DNA from: Pirellulales bacterium
Lineage (GTDB): Bacteria; Planctomycetota; Planctomycetia; Pirellulales; PALSA-1355
Direction: 5' to 3'
Length of the DNA stretch: 64,000 bases
Assembly: GCA_963733035.1 (NCBI GenBank)
Contig: CAVTBU010000005.1
Coordinates: forward strand, 1,376,001-1,440,000
Positions 1 through 10,020 of this stretch are shown in pieces (the stretch's first letter is position 1; each line of letters starts with the position of its first letter). The translations under genes and the position numbers were made by a program. The notes beneath the pieces were generated by a model. That model searched no databases. It was not told the DNA's origin and saw only the letters and a list, made by a program, of their open reading frames with translations.

Positions 1-250
1 CGTACAACCACTATTACGCGCCGAACTCCACGCTGCCGGATTGCCTGGGCACGCGATTGGGCGGCGGTCTGCAGTACAACTTTTCAGCCTACGGTTGCGC
101 GCGGCCCGCAGTCGGCATCCTGGCGGCGTTAACCTGCTGCTGGCCGACGGCTCGGTCCGTTTCATCAACGAGGCGATTGACGTGCGACCCTGGCTGAGCC
201 TTTCCACGCGAGAAGGGGACGAGCTACCCGCGTCGACGGAAAATCCTTAA
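1..250 (+). CDS. DUF1559 family protein, C-terminal part (5' truncated by window; apparent 1-nt frameshift near 97)
   Basis: Frame 3 reads [14 protein letters not shown]...YG, then frame 2 continues [23 protein letters not shown]...[11 protein letters not shown], the H-X9-DG C-terminus typical of DUF1559. Confidence 0.85.
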   Translation, partial: VQPLLRAELHAAGLPGHAIGRRSAVQLFSLRLRAARSRHPGGVNLLLADGSVRFINEAIDVRPWLSLSTREGDELPASTENP

Positions 251-277
251 CCACGAGCACCCTCATCACGGTAAACC

Positions 278-1063
278 ATGACCACCGAAACGAAACGTGC
301 CTTCGTATCTGGCGAGCAGATTACGCGATATCACACCGACGGTTACCTGATCCTGCGCGATGTGTTTCCGCCCGACGAAGTGGCGGCGCTGGCATCCGAG
401 GCCGAAACACTCATCGGCCGGACCGAGCTTATCGACTCGGCCAACATTCGCTGTCGCTGGTCCGACCACGTCCGTACCGGCGAATGCCTGTTCGATTGTT
501 TCGATCCGGTGATCGACATCGGCCCGGTTTGTCGCCATGTCGCCAGCGACCCGCGCATCGTGGATCCACTTAGTGCTCTCTACCGCGAGCCGGCGGTGCT
601 CTTCAAGGATAAGTTGATTTTTAAGCGCCCGGGAGTGAAGGGGTACAATCTGCACCAGGACTATATCAGTTGGCCGGAGTTTCCTCGGAGCTTCGTCACG
701 GTGATTCTGGCCATCGACCGAACCGACACCGAAAATGGCGGCACGGAAATCTTTCCCGGCTATCACACCCAAGGGTATCTCTCGCCTCCAGATGGCGACT
801 ACCACGAGTTGCCTCTGGATACGATTGACGAGTCGCGAGGGATCGTGCTCGATTTGGACCCGGGCGACCTGGCGATCTTCAGCGGCTTCACTCCGCACCG
901 CTCCGCCCCAAACACAAGCAATCGCTGGCGCCGGCAATTGTATTTAAGTTACAATCGCCAGAGCGACGGCGGCCATCAGCGTGAAGCCCATTACCGCCAG
1001 TTTCACGACTGGCTCAAAATGAAATACGCTCAGTACGGGCGCGGCGAGGTTTACTTCCAATAG
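278..1063 (+). CDS. Phytanoyl-CoA dioxygenase (PhyH) family Fe(II)/2-oxoglutarate dioxygenase
   Basis: DGYLILRDVF N-terminus, HQD iron motif, ENGG, distal PHRS His, RRQLYLSY 2OG-binding Arg region. Confidence 0.9.
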   Translation: MTTETKRAFVSGEQITRYHTDGYLILRDVFPPDEVAALASEAETLIGRTELIDSANIRCRWSDHVRTGECLFDCFDPVIDIGPVCRHVASDPRIVDPLSALYREPAVLFKDKLIFKRPGVKGYNLHQDYISWPEFPRSFVTVILAIDRTDTENGGTEIFPGYHTQGYLSPPDGDYHELPLDTIDESRGIVLDLDPGDLAIFSGFTPHRSAPNTSNRWRRQLYLSYNRQSDGGHQREAHYRQFHDWLKMKYAQYGRGEVYFQ

Positions 1064-1143
1064 CAGTCGGCCCCCAAAACGATCATTCACCAACGGCCCG
1101 GGAACCGCTCTTTTCCGGAAACTCCTCGCGGGAGCACTGAATC

Positions 1144-2199
1144 ATGTCATCGCCCCTTCCAGTCATCGCCTCCGCAACCGACAACGGCCAGGTATTGTTT
1201 CACCTCTCGTTAAACGTCGACGATCTGACGCGCAGCGTCGACTTCTTCCGTTTGCTCTTCGATCAGCCCCCTTCGAAGCATCAGCGAGACTATGCAAAAT
1301 TCGAATTGTCCGATCCGCCGCTGGTGCTCTCGCTCGAACCGACGCGAACGCCGCGCGGCGGCAAGCTGAATCACCTAGGGTTTCGGCTGGCCAACTCCGC
1401 CGTGCTCGTCGCAATGCAAAAACGCCTTGAGCTAGGCGGCATCTCCACTTCGCGCGAGGAAGGCGTCGAGTGCTGCTACGCCCGCCAAACCAAATTCTGG
1501 GTTACCGATCCCGACGGCAATCTGTGGGAAATGTATACGTTCGAAGCCGACCTCGAGCATCGCGGAATGGGCCAGGTCCCGCGCAAATCGAACGAGTCGG
1601 TCGCGGCCTCCGATCGCTCGGCGCCGGCCCCCGCCATCTGGGCTCATCGACTCGGCGAGCCCTTCCCGGTGCGAATTTTGGCGGATTCCGACGGCGTTGA
1701 CGAAGTCTTGCTGCAAGGAACCTTCAACGCCCGCCTAACGAGCGAGCAGCGTCGCGGGCAACTGGTCGAGGTTCTGAGAATCCTGAAGCCTGCCGGCCGT
1801 GTGATGCTGCACCAGCTAACCGCGGAGCGGTCGGTCGCGACCATCCGTACTCCCCTTCCCGGCCCCGCGGTGGCCGTCGAAGCGGTTCCCACCGCCGAGG
1901 AAATCGCCGACGATCTGGCCGCGGCCGGTTTCATCCAAGTCGAATTCGAAAAGCTCGGCGACAACCCTTGTTTCAACGCCGACGGCGTCGCGTGTCGCGA
2001 AACAAAACTCATCGGCCACAAGCGGGCTCCAAGCTCGACCGGTCCTGCGCGACATGTCCTTTACAAAGGCCCATACCGACAACTCGAAGACGACCTGGGG
2101 AACCACTTCCGCCGTGGTGTCTGGACCGAGGTCGATGCCGCCACCTGGCAGTCGCTCGCCGCTTCGTCGTTGGCAGATCAATTCGCGATGCCCCGATAG
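1144..2199 (+). CDS. arsI: ArsI/CadI-family VOC metalloenzyme fused to a degenerate methyltransferase-like C-terminal domain
   Basis: FHLSLNV, LNHLGF, ECCYARQTKFWVTDPDGNLWE in the N-half; the C-half aligns by eye with the C-terminal half of ArsM (VDEVLLQGTFN / RILKPAGR / LAAAGF). Confidence 0.8.
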   Translation: MSSPLPVIASATDNGQVLFHLSLNVDDLTRSVDFFRLLFDQPPSKHQRDYAKFELSDPPLVLSLEPTRTPRGGKLNHLGFRLANSAVLVAMQKRLELGGISTSREEGVECCYARQTKFWVTDPDGNLWEMYTFEADLEHRGMGQVPRKSNESVAASDRSAPAPAIWAHRLGEPFPVRILADSDGVDEVLLQGTFNARLTSEQRRGQLVEVLRILKPAGRVMLHQLTAERSVATIRTPLPGPAVAVEAVPTAEEIADDLAAAGFIQVEFEKLGDNPCFNADGVACRETKLIGHKRAPSSTGPARHVLYKGPYRQLEDDLGNHFRRGVWTEVDAATWQSLAASSLADQFAMPR

Positions 2200-2228
2200 G
2201 TCACGACCAGCGGCCAGGAGAATCGCAC

Positions 2229-2272
2229 TTGACCCAATCGATGCGCGCCACTATATTTGCTTACACGAATAT
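2229..2272 (+). promoter_or_regulatory. sigma70-type promoter of arsR with overlapping ArsR-operator-like inverted repeat
   Basis: TTGACC (2229-2234)-N17-TATATT (2252-2257); imperfect palindrome ATATTTG-N6-CGAATAT (2253-2272). Confidence 0.7.
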
Positions 2273-2618
2273 GAAAACCAAATCCGGGCCCAACGTCGAC
2301 TTGATGTTCCGAGCTTTTTCGGATCGCACGCGGTTGCGCATTTTACATATGCTCGCCAGCGGCGAATTATGCGTGTGCGACATCGTCGCCGTGCTGCGAG
2401 TTCCGCAGCCAAAAGCCTCACGACACCTGGCCTACCTGCGGAAGGCGGGTTTGGTCATGGCACGCAAGGAAGGACTTTGGAGCTACTACCGGCTGGCCCC
2501 GGCCCAAGGCACCTTCCACCGGAAACTTCTCGACTGCCTGGCTTGCTGCTTCCAGGAAGTTCCTGAGTTGGTAGCCGACGCCAAACAGATCGCCGCGCGC
2601 AAAGCCTGCCGCGGCTAA
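2271..2618 (+). CDS. arsR: ArsR/SmtB family arsenic-responsive repressor
   Basis: FRAFSDRTRLRIL, ELCVCDI metal box, SRHLAYLRKAGLV HTH, C-terminal CLACC. Confidence 0.92.
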   Translation: MKTKSGPNVDLMFRAFSDRTRLRILHMLASGELCVCDIVAVLRVPQPKASRHLAYLRKAGLVMARKEGLWSYYRLAPAQGTFHRKLLDCLACCFQEVPELVADAKQIAARKACRG

Positions 2619-2650
2619 AATTTTTTACCAATCTATATTCGCTTACGCGT

Positions 2651-3130
2651 ATGAATAACACGACTCCGAATCCTGAAAAGAAACTCACCGTGCTCTTCCT
2701 GTGCACCGGAAACTCCTGCCGCAGTCAGATGGCTGAAGGCTGGGCGCGGCACCTCAAGGGCGAACAGATCGAAGCCTACTCGGCCGGAATTGATCCCCAT
2801 GCACTGAACCCGTGGGCCGTGCAAGTCATGGCCGAAGCGGGCATCGATATCAGCCGGCAACGCTCACAGCACATCAACGAGTTCGAAGATGTCGAATTCG
2901 ACTACGTTGTTTCCGTATGTGATCGGGCCCGCCAATCGTGCCCGGCGCTTCCCAGCGGCAAGCACCGATTGCACGTGGCCTTTGACGATCCGCCACGCCA
3001 GGCAATCACCGCGGTGACCGACGAACAAACCCTCGCTCCGTATCGCCGCGTCCGCGACGAGATTCGCAAGTTCATTGAGGAAATGCCTGACAATCTGGCA
3101 ACTTTCTCATCAACCACTCCCGGAGGTTAA
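2651..3130 (+). CDS. arsC: Arsenate reductase, thioredoxin-coupled (LMW-PTP fold)
   Basis: CTGNSCRSQMAEG P-loop, C-x6-CP pair (VCDRARQSCP), FDDP, RVRDEI. Confidence 0.92.
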   Translation: MNNTTPNPEKKLTVLFLCTGNSCRSQMAEGWARHLKGEQIEAYSAGIDPHALNPWAVQVMAEAGIDISRQRSQHINEFEDVEFDYVVSVCDRARQSCPALPSGKHRLHVAFDDPPRQAITAVTDEQTLAPYRRVRDEIRKFIEEMPDNLATFSSTTPGG

Positions 3131-3133
3131 CTC

Positions 3134-4032
3134 ATGTCCATCGAAAAGATCGTGCAATCGAAGTACGGCGCCATGGCCACAAGCGGGCGATCGAGCGAGC
3201 ACTCCGGCGTCAAGGCGGTGGCCGAAGCGTTCGGCTATTCGCCCGAACAACTCGCCGCAATTCCGGCGGAAGCCAACATGGGGCTCTCGTGCGGCAATCC
3301 CACCGCCTTTGCAAGTCTCAAACCGGGCGAAGTGGTTGTCGACCTGGGCTCCGGCGGAGGGTTGGATGTGTTTCTCGCCGCCCAAGCGGTCGGCCCCACC
3401 GGCAAGGCAATCGGTATCGATATGACGCCCGAGATGATCGCGCTGGCCGAGACGAACAAACAGCGCTCGGGAGCCACAAACGTCGAGTTCCACCTGGCCA
3501 CGATCGACAACATGCCGTTGGCCGACGAATCGGTCGACTGCGTGATCAGCAACTGCGTGATCAATCTGGCCAGCGACAAGCCGGCCGTTTTCCGCGAAAT
3601 CGCCCGCGTACTAAAGCCCGGCGGCCGGTTGGCCGTCAGCGACATCGCGCTCAAGCGAGAGTTGCCGCCAGAGCTCAGCGAAAGTCTGGCTGCGTATGTC
3701 GGATGCGTGGCCGGTGCTATTTCAATCGACGAGTATCGCCAGGGACTGCGCGCGGCGGGTTTCGCGCACGTCGAAATCGTCGACACCGGCGCGGACTTGA
3801 ACGCCTATGCAAAGGCCGACAACCAGGCCGGTTGCTGTGCGCCGGACCCTCCGAAGCGGCGCTGCCCGTGGTTGACGGCGGCCAGGCGGAAGGCAGCTTT
3901 CCCGAGCAGCTGCGCGAGCTGATGACCAAGTATAATGTCAACGACTACGCCGCCAGCGTGAAGGTGTACGCCGTCAAGACCGCCGAGGCCGCCCAATCGT
4001 GCTGCAACCCCGTGCATGGCGAGTGCTGTTGA
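3134..4032 (+). CDS. arsM: Arsenite S-adenosylmethionine methyltransferase (apparent frameshift near 3840)
   Basis: [30 protein letters not shown]; the tail [16 protein letters not shown]...CC continues in another frame to TGA at 4030-4032. Confidence 0.9.
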
Positions 4033-4124
4033 ATGCGCGACATGGCCAGTCGGGGGTTGCCAGCGCCCGCGTTGCGAGAAACAATCGGCGTGCCTCCCCA
4101 CTGGCCACTCACCGTGAGACACCT

Positions 4125-4772
4125 TTGAACGAAACTACCACCGACACGCTGGCGGCAGCCTTAGCGCGGCACGAAATCGAACTGCCCGAGGAGCAAATCG
4201 AACCGCTCGATCGTTATTGCCGCTCGTTGTGGGCCTGGAACGAGAAGCTCAACCTCACGCGGCATACCGACTACGAGAAATTCGTCGCCCGCGACGTCGT
4301 CGATTGCCTGCAACTCGAGCCGTTGCTCGAACCGGGCGAACGCGTGCTCGACGTGGGGACCGGTGGCGGCGTGCCGGGCGTGGTGCTGGCGATCTTGCGG
4401 CCCGACCTTTCCGTGGCACTCTGCGATTCGGTGGCCAAGAAGGCCAAAGCCGCCGGCGAGATCATCAGGGAAGTCGGACTCCCGATCACCGTCCATCATC
4501 GGCCGGTCCAGGAACTGCTAGCCGAAGAGCACTACAACACGCTGGTCGCGAGAGCCGTGGCCCCTCTGGCGAAGATGCTTCGCTGGCTGGCCCCGCATTG
4601 GCATTCGTTCGACCGCTTGCTGGTCATCAAGGGCCCGGCCTGGGTCGAGGAACGGAGCGAAGCTCGCGAAGCCGGTCTTCTCAAGCGGCTGCAAATGCGC
4701 AAGGTGGCCAGCTACCCGATGGCTGGCACCGAATCGGAAAGCGTCGTGCTCTCGATTCGGCCAAACGAATAG
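4125..4772 (+). CDS. rsmG: 16S rRNA (guanine(527)-N7)-methyltransferase RsmG/GidB
   Basis: WNEKLNLTR, VLDVGTGGGVPG, ARAVA, IKG motifs; TTG start inferred. Confidence 0.9.
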   Translation: MNETTTDTLAAALARHEIELPEEQIEPLDRYCRSLWAWNEKLNLTRHTDYEKFVARDVVDCLQLEPLLEPGERVLDVGTGGGVPGVVLAILRPDLSVALCDSVAKKAKAAGEIIREVGLPITVHHRPVQELLAEEHYNTLVARAVAPLAKMLRWLAPHWHSFDRLLVIKGPAWVEERSEAREAGLLKRLQMRKVASYPMAGTESESVVLSIRPNE

Positions 4773-5021
4773 TGGAGATCGTCCTCTCGGCATTCGTGCG
4801 ACTATTTCGTCTACAAACGACCGCCGAATCGGGGTTACTCGCCGCCGGCAGCTTGCCTTGTGGGCCTGTGCGGCGCTCCCTATACTGGTTGTCTTTCCCA
4901 CACCGCAAAGTCGCCTGCCGGAGGTCCTCTGGCGTGGCGTTTCTGGGGCGACTAGCCCTGCCGCGAATATTCGCACGAAACCACTGTACTAGTCCAAAGC
5001 TTCACGGGAAGGATCGACATC

Positions 5022-6278
<1,257 letters not shown>

Positions 6279-6300
6279 TAGATACGCAGCTCGATATCCG

Positions 6301-6339
6301 AAAAGAGCCCAGGGGAGATTCTCCCTGGGCTCTTTTTTT
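6301..6339. terminator. Bidirectional intrinsic terminator / palindromic element between convergent genes
   Basis: AAAAGAGCCCAGGGGAGATTCTCCCTGGGCTCTTTTTTT: GC stem flanked by A- and T-tracts. Confidence 0.85.
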
Positions 6340-6399
6340 CCAGGGCCATCAAGACCGGATTTTTCCGTTACACTCGTCGTCCGTTTATCGCGGCGGCGA

Positions 6400-7266
6400 T
6401 CAACGCACCGGACGCTCGAGCATCTTTTGATGCCGCCGTCGCTGCAAAAGCAACAGCGCAGCTCCAGGGACAACCAGGGCCAGGGTGGCCGGCTCCGGCA
6501 CGACCGCCACGAAGCGCACGATGCCTTCAACGTCGGGGCGCCCGGAACTGGCCCAGCCGAGCAGCGGGTGACCCTCGCTGTCGACTGGAACGTTGAATCC
6601 CATATCATCCAAACGGACGCTCGAATTGTAGATGTTCAGAATGTACGACTTTCCGACGACGAGCGGCACGGACGGCGACCAATCAGTCGTGCCGGCCGGT
6701 ATGACGGTCGACAACACGTTGTGAAGGGGATCGCCCATTTGTGCGGTAAAAGATTGGCCGGGCGGCAGATCGAGTACGAAGTGTGGAGTCGGCGTGCTGA
6801 CGTTCGAATTGTGTATGGGTGATAGAATTACAGGCGGTGCGATGTCCGCGGCCGTGAGCAAGCCCAAGTTCGGTGTCATTTGATAGTGCCGCTCGGTTGG
6901 AAGTCCCTGGTCGATGTTGAAGTACCAGGCTTGGTCGAGCGAGGTCACGAACTGGTTGAAGTCGACGAACGCGGGCGGGGGGTCGAACGTCCAACCTCCG
7001 TATTCCGTATGGACTCGATATTGACCGTCTTGGCTGACGATCTCGCCCGACGCAAAGTCCAACTGTTGGCCACCCGGAAAAAACTCCGGATAGGCATAGC
7101 CTCGGTAAGTCGTCACGCCGTTGACGTTCTCGGCGCGCAGGTCAAGATCGACGCGCACCTCGGCGATTGACGTCGTCCGAGTGCCGAAAATAAAGAGGAG
7201 AGTCGCCGCACATCCAAGGACCTTCGATGTAACTAAATTCCGACGCAGCATGATTGCGAACCCCAT
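6400..7266 (-). CDS. PEP-CTERM sorting domain secreted protein
   Basis: N-terminal signal peptide; C-terminal VPEPATLALVVPGAALLLLQRRR. Confidence 0.85.
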   Translation of the reverse strand: MGFAIMLRRNLVTSKVLGCAATLLFIFGTRTTSIAEVRVDLDLRAENVNGVTTYRGYAYPEFFPGGQQLDFASGEIVSQDGQYRVHTEYGGWTFDPPPAFVDFNQFVTSLDQAWYFNIDQGLPTERHYQMTPNLGLLTAADIAPPVILSPIHNSNVSTPTPHFVLDLPPGQSFTAQMGDPLHNVLSTVIPAGTTDWSPSVPLVVGKSYILNIYNSSVRLDDMGFNVPVDSEGHPLLGWASSGRPDVEGIVRFVAVVPEPATLALVVPGAALLLLQRRRHQKMLERPVR

Positions 7267-8185
7267 GCATTCAACCTGGCCAATGGTGTTTCAAACTGCC
7301 TTTGCTTAGCGACTGGAGGACCGCCTGGCGCGTTCTCGATGGGTGTCGTCCGTGCGTTGACGGTTTTCGGGCTTAGTCATCGGCATTGCCCAAGAATGCC
7401 GACCCGCGGTCGCATTTTGGAACCTCGACCGTGCAACGGCCTGACCCCTTCGCTGGAAGCGGCCCGGCGTTTTCGGGCATCGTCGTCGTTGGGTACGAAG
7501 CGAAGCAAGGGCAGTAGCATCGCTCGATTTGCACTAGCGTGTGGTAATGTGCCCCCTACTGTAACTAACGACATGGGGCCGGTCAATCAAACCGGTGGGC
7601 ACCAACTAACTCTATCGGAACGCACATTTCGCGAAATACGATCCGCACAATCACCAGTGGCCGGCAAGGGATAACTTGGTCGATCCCGATCCCACTTCGA
7701 GGCCAGATCTCCCATAACTCATGCTACGAATTCTCGCGCTTGAAATCGGGCCAGCACCTGCGGCATACTCACCCGCGGTCGGATGGCCTGCGACGTGTGG
7801 ACGAGCAACAAGCCTGGGACCTTGGTTGTCTTGTCTTTGGAACCTGCCCATCCCCGCCGACACGTTTCGGCGGCACGAGGATTACGGGGTTCGCTTGCGT
7901 TCACACGTTCGCCGCTTGCCGCAAAACGACGGCGCCGGGGTACCACGGCGCTGCGAACTTGCGCGGCAGGTCTGGCTGTCTTTGCCGCACGAAGGTTTTT
8001 TAGCCTGGCTTGGCGGTGGCGGAAGCCGCCGTCACTTGACGTACTGGTAAAACGAGTGCTTCGTGCTGCATGCCGCGTGTCGCGCCGCTCGGTCGATGGC
8101 CGAGGAGTGACCAACCATTAACCACTTTCAAAGTCCAATCCCGGCTCAACCGAGCACGACACGCTTCTATTTTTAAAAAGCGTCC

Positions 8186-8232
8186 AACCAAACGCCGCGC
8201 GCACCCTTGCGCGCTGGCGTTTGGTTTTTTTG
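8186..8232 (+). terminator. Intrinsic terminator-like hairpin
   Basis: AACCAAACGCC-GCGCGCA-CCCT-TGCGCGC-T-GGCGTTTGGTT followed by a T-tract. Confidence 0.6.
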
Positions 8233-8399
8233 TTTTCAATTCGTCCTTTGTGCCCTTGGTGGTTTTTTATCAACATCCTGTTTTTAATTGCTTACAGTTG
8301 CCCCTTTCGGGGCTCAGGGATCGTCGGAAAGTCTGCCTGTCAGGCCTCGGCCTGACCTTCTGTTTTCTTGACAGAGTCGTCAAAGCGATGCGAGCAGCC

Positions 8400-8828
8400 C
8401 TAGATGTAATACATGTTCTCGCTCTGCCGCTGAATGCGGCTCACCAGGTCGGCGAACGTGATCGCACGCAGCGCGTCGTATTCCACCTTGGCCACTTCTT
8501 GCCAGGCGTCCTTCAGTACGCGGGCAGTCGACGAGCGAGGGCTCGTCGTGCTCGTAACTTCCGTGTCCTGCCCTTCGATGACGGCCATCACCTCGCCCAG
8601 CGAAATCTCCTCCGGCGGCTTAATAAGTTGATACCCGCCGCTGGCTCCCCGCGTGCTCGACACGAAGCCGGCGCCTTTGAGCTGCAGCAGAATCTGCACG
8701 AGAAACCGCGAGGGGATGCCGTGTTCCTCGGCAATCGAGCGAATCCGCACCGGTTCGTTCGAACCGTAGTGGGCGGCCAACTCGAGCATGGCCAGGCAAG
8801 CGTATTCAGTCTTGGCCGATACTTTCAT
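8400..8828 (-). CDS. Rrf2 family transcriptional regulator (CymR-like, no Fe-S Cys triad)
   Basis: MKVSAKTEYA, FLVQILLQLKGAGFVSSTRGASGGYQL, MYYI C-terminus; downstream of cysH. Confidence 0.9.
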   Translation of the reverse strand: MKVSAKTEYACLAMLELAAHYGSNEPVRIRSIAEEHGIPSRFLVQILLQLKGAGFVSSTRGASGGYQLIKPPEEISLGEVMAVIEGQDTEVTSTTSPRSSTARVLKDAWQEVAKVEYDALRAITFADLVSRIQRQSENMYYI

Positions 8829-8915
8829 AGCCGGATCGAAGCCGAAGTCGCGTGGGGCAAAGCATCAACGCAATCGGCCGCATGGAGAAGCGGCGCTCGT
8901 CGTGGGCCGAGCGTG

Positions 8916-9740
8916 CTAGTCGGACGTGTGCAGGCCGCACTCTTTTTTGGCCGAGCCGCTCCAGCGGCCGGCACGCTCGTCTTCGCCAAACATCACCGCC
9001 CGCGTGCACGGCCAGCAGCCGATGCTAGTGTATCCTTGATCGTGCAGCGGGTTGTAGGGGATGTTGTGCTCGGTGATCATTTTCCAGACGTCCTTCTTGG
9101 TCCAATTGGCCAAGGGACTGATCTTCACCAGGCCGAACTTTTTGTCCCAACCGACGATTGGAATACCAGCCCGATCACCCGTGCCCTGGTCGCGGCGGAT
9201 GCCGCTCATCCAGGCCTGCCAACCCACGACGGCTTCACGAAGCACTTTCACCTTCCGATCAAAGCAGCACTGATCCGAGTTGGTCTTATACAGCGGACCG
9301 CCGTGCGCGGCCTCGTATTGTTCGACCGTGGTTTCGGCCCGCCTGTAGTCCACCTCGAGCCCATACCGCTCTTTGATCCGGTCGCGCAGCTCCAGCGTCT
9401 CTTTGAACTGGTAGCCGGTGTCGAGATTGAACACGTAGGTGCTCGGATCGATCGCCGCCAGCATATGCAGGATGATGCAGCCCTCGGGTCCAAAGGCCGT
9501 GGCCATGGTCAGCTTGGGTGCGTAGTTTTCGACGGCCCAGGAGATAATTTCAACCGGCGTGGCCGTTTCCAACCGGCGGCTGTGTTCCGCCAGCTCGGCC
9601 AGAAACTCGGGGGTCGCTTCCAAACCGTTGTGTGTCGCCGCGGCAAGTGGAGCTTGCTTCGCGGGCTCGTTCACAATGGGAAGTTGATTCGGGAACACGC
9701 TCATCGAGGGGGCCATGAGGGTGGAGTGTCCGGTCGCCAT
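8916..9740 (-). CDS. cysH: APS/PAPS reductase (4Fe-4S type)
   Basis: LDTGYQFKET, CC pair (QCCFDRK), SIGCWPCT, C-terminal ECGLH; start may be 9704. Confidence 0.92.
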   Translation of the reverse strand: MATGHSTLMAPSMSVFPNQLPIVNEPAKQAPLAAATHNGLEATPEFLAELAEHSRRLETATPVEIISWAVENYAPKLTMATAFGPEGCIILHMLAAIDPSTYVFNLDTGYQFKETLELRDRIKERYGLEVDYRRAETTVEQYEAAHGGPLYKTNSDQCCFDRKVKVLREAVVGWQAWMSGIRRDQGTGDRAGIPIVGWDKKFGLVKISPLANWTKKDVWKMITEHNIPYNPLHDQGYTSIGCWPCTRAVMFGEDERAGRWSGSAKKECGLHTSD

Positions 9741-9766
9741 AGGTCGGAATGCCGCGATTGCTCAGA

Positions 9767-9799
9767 ATGATACTTATGTTAGTAATCAAAGTCAACTAT
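9767..9799 (-). promoter_or_regulatory. sigma70 promoter of cysH-rrf2 with possible Rrf2 binding site
   Basis: Minus strand TTGACT (9795-9790)-N17-TATCAT (9772-9767) in an AT-rich patch. Confidence 0.65.
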
Positions 9800-10020
9800 C
9801 GCCACTGTACCTCTTTATCGACCTCCACGTGCCGGGTTCTTCAGCCTGTAACGATTTTGGCGATCGCATTTTCGGCCCCGCCGGTTTGTTCGCAAGTCGT
9901 TAGCTGGCCCAGCGCTTGACGCTGCCAACCGAGCGCGCCATTCTGGTGGCCCGGCGGAAAAATGGCCGGCAACGGACCCAGACAACAGCAACACCCCCAG
10001 ATATAGCAGGTGGCAACTTG

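Noticed and set aside
7719..8114. 131-aa Arg-rich minus-strand ORF downstream of rrf2
   Set aside because: No recognisable family, low-complexity composition; not supportable as a CDS
8295..8322. CTGA-GCCCC-GAAA-GGGGC-AAC on the minus strand resembling a hammerhead core; SAM riboswitch also considered given the sulfur context
   Set aside because: Lacks the full CUGANGA and GAAA core; no SAM-I consensus elements could be placed
8070..9770. 566-aa + strand ORF
   Set aside because: Antisense shadow of cysH and rrf2; no motifs; typical of high-GC DNA
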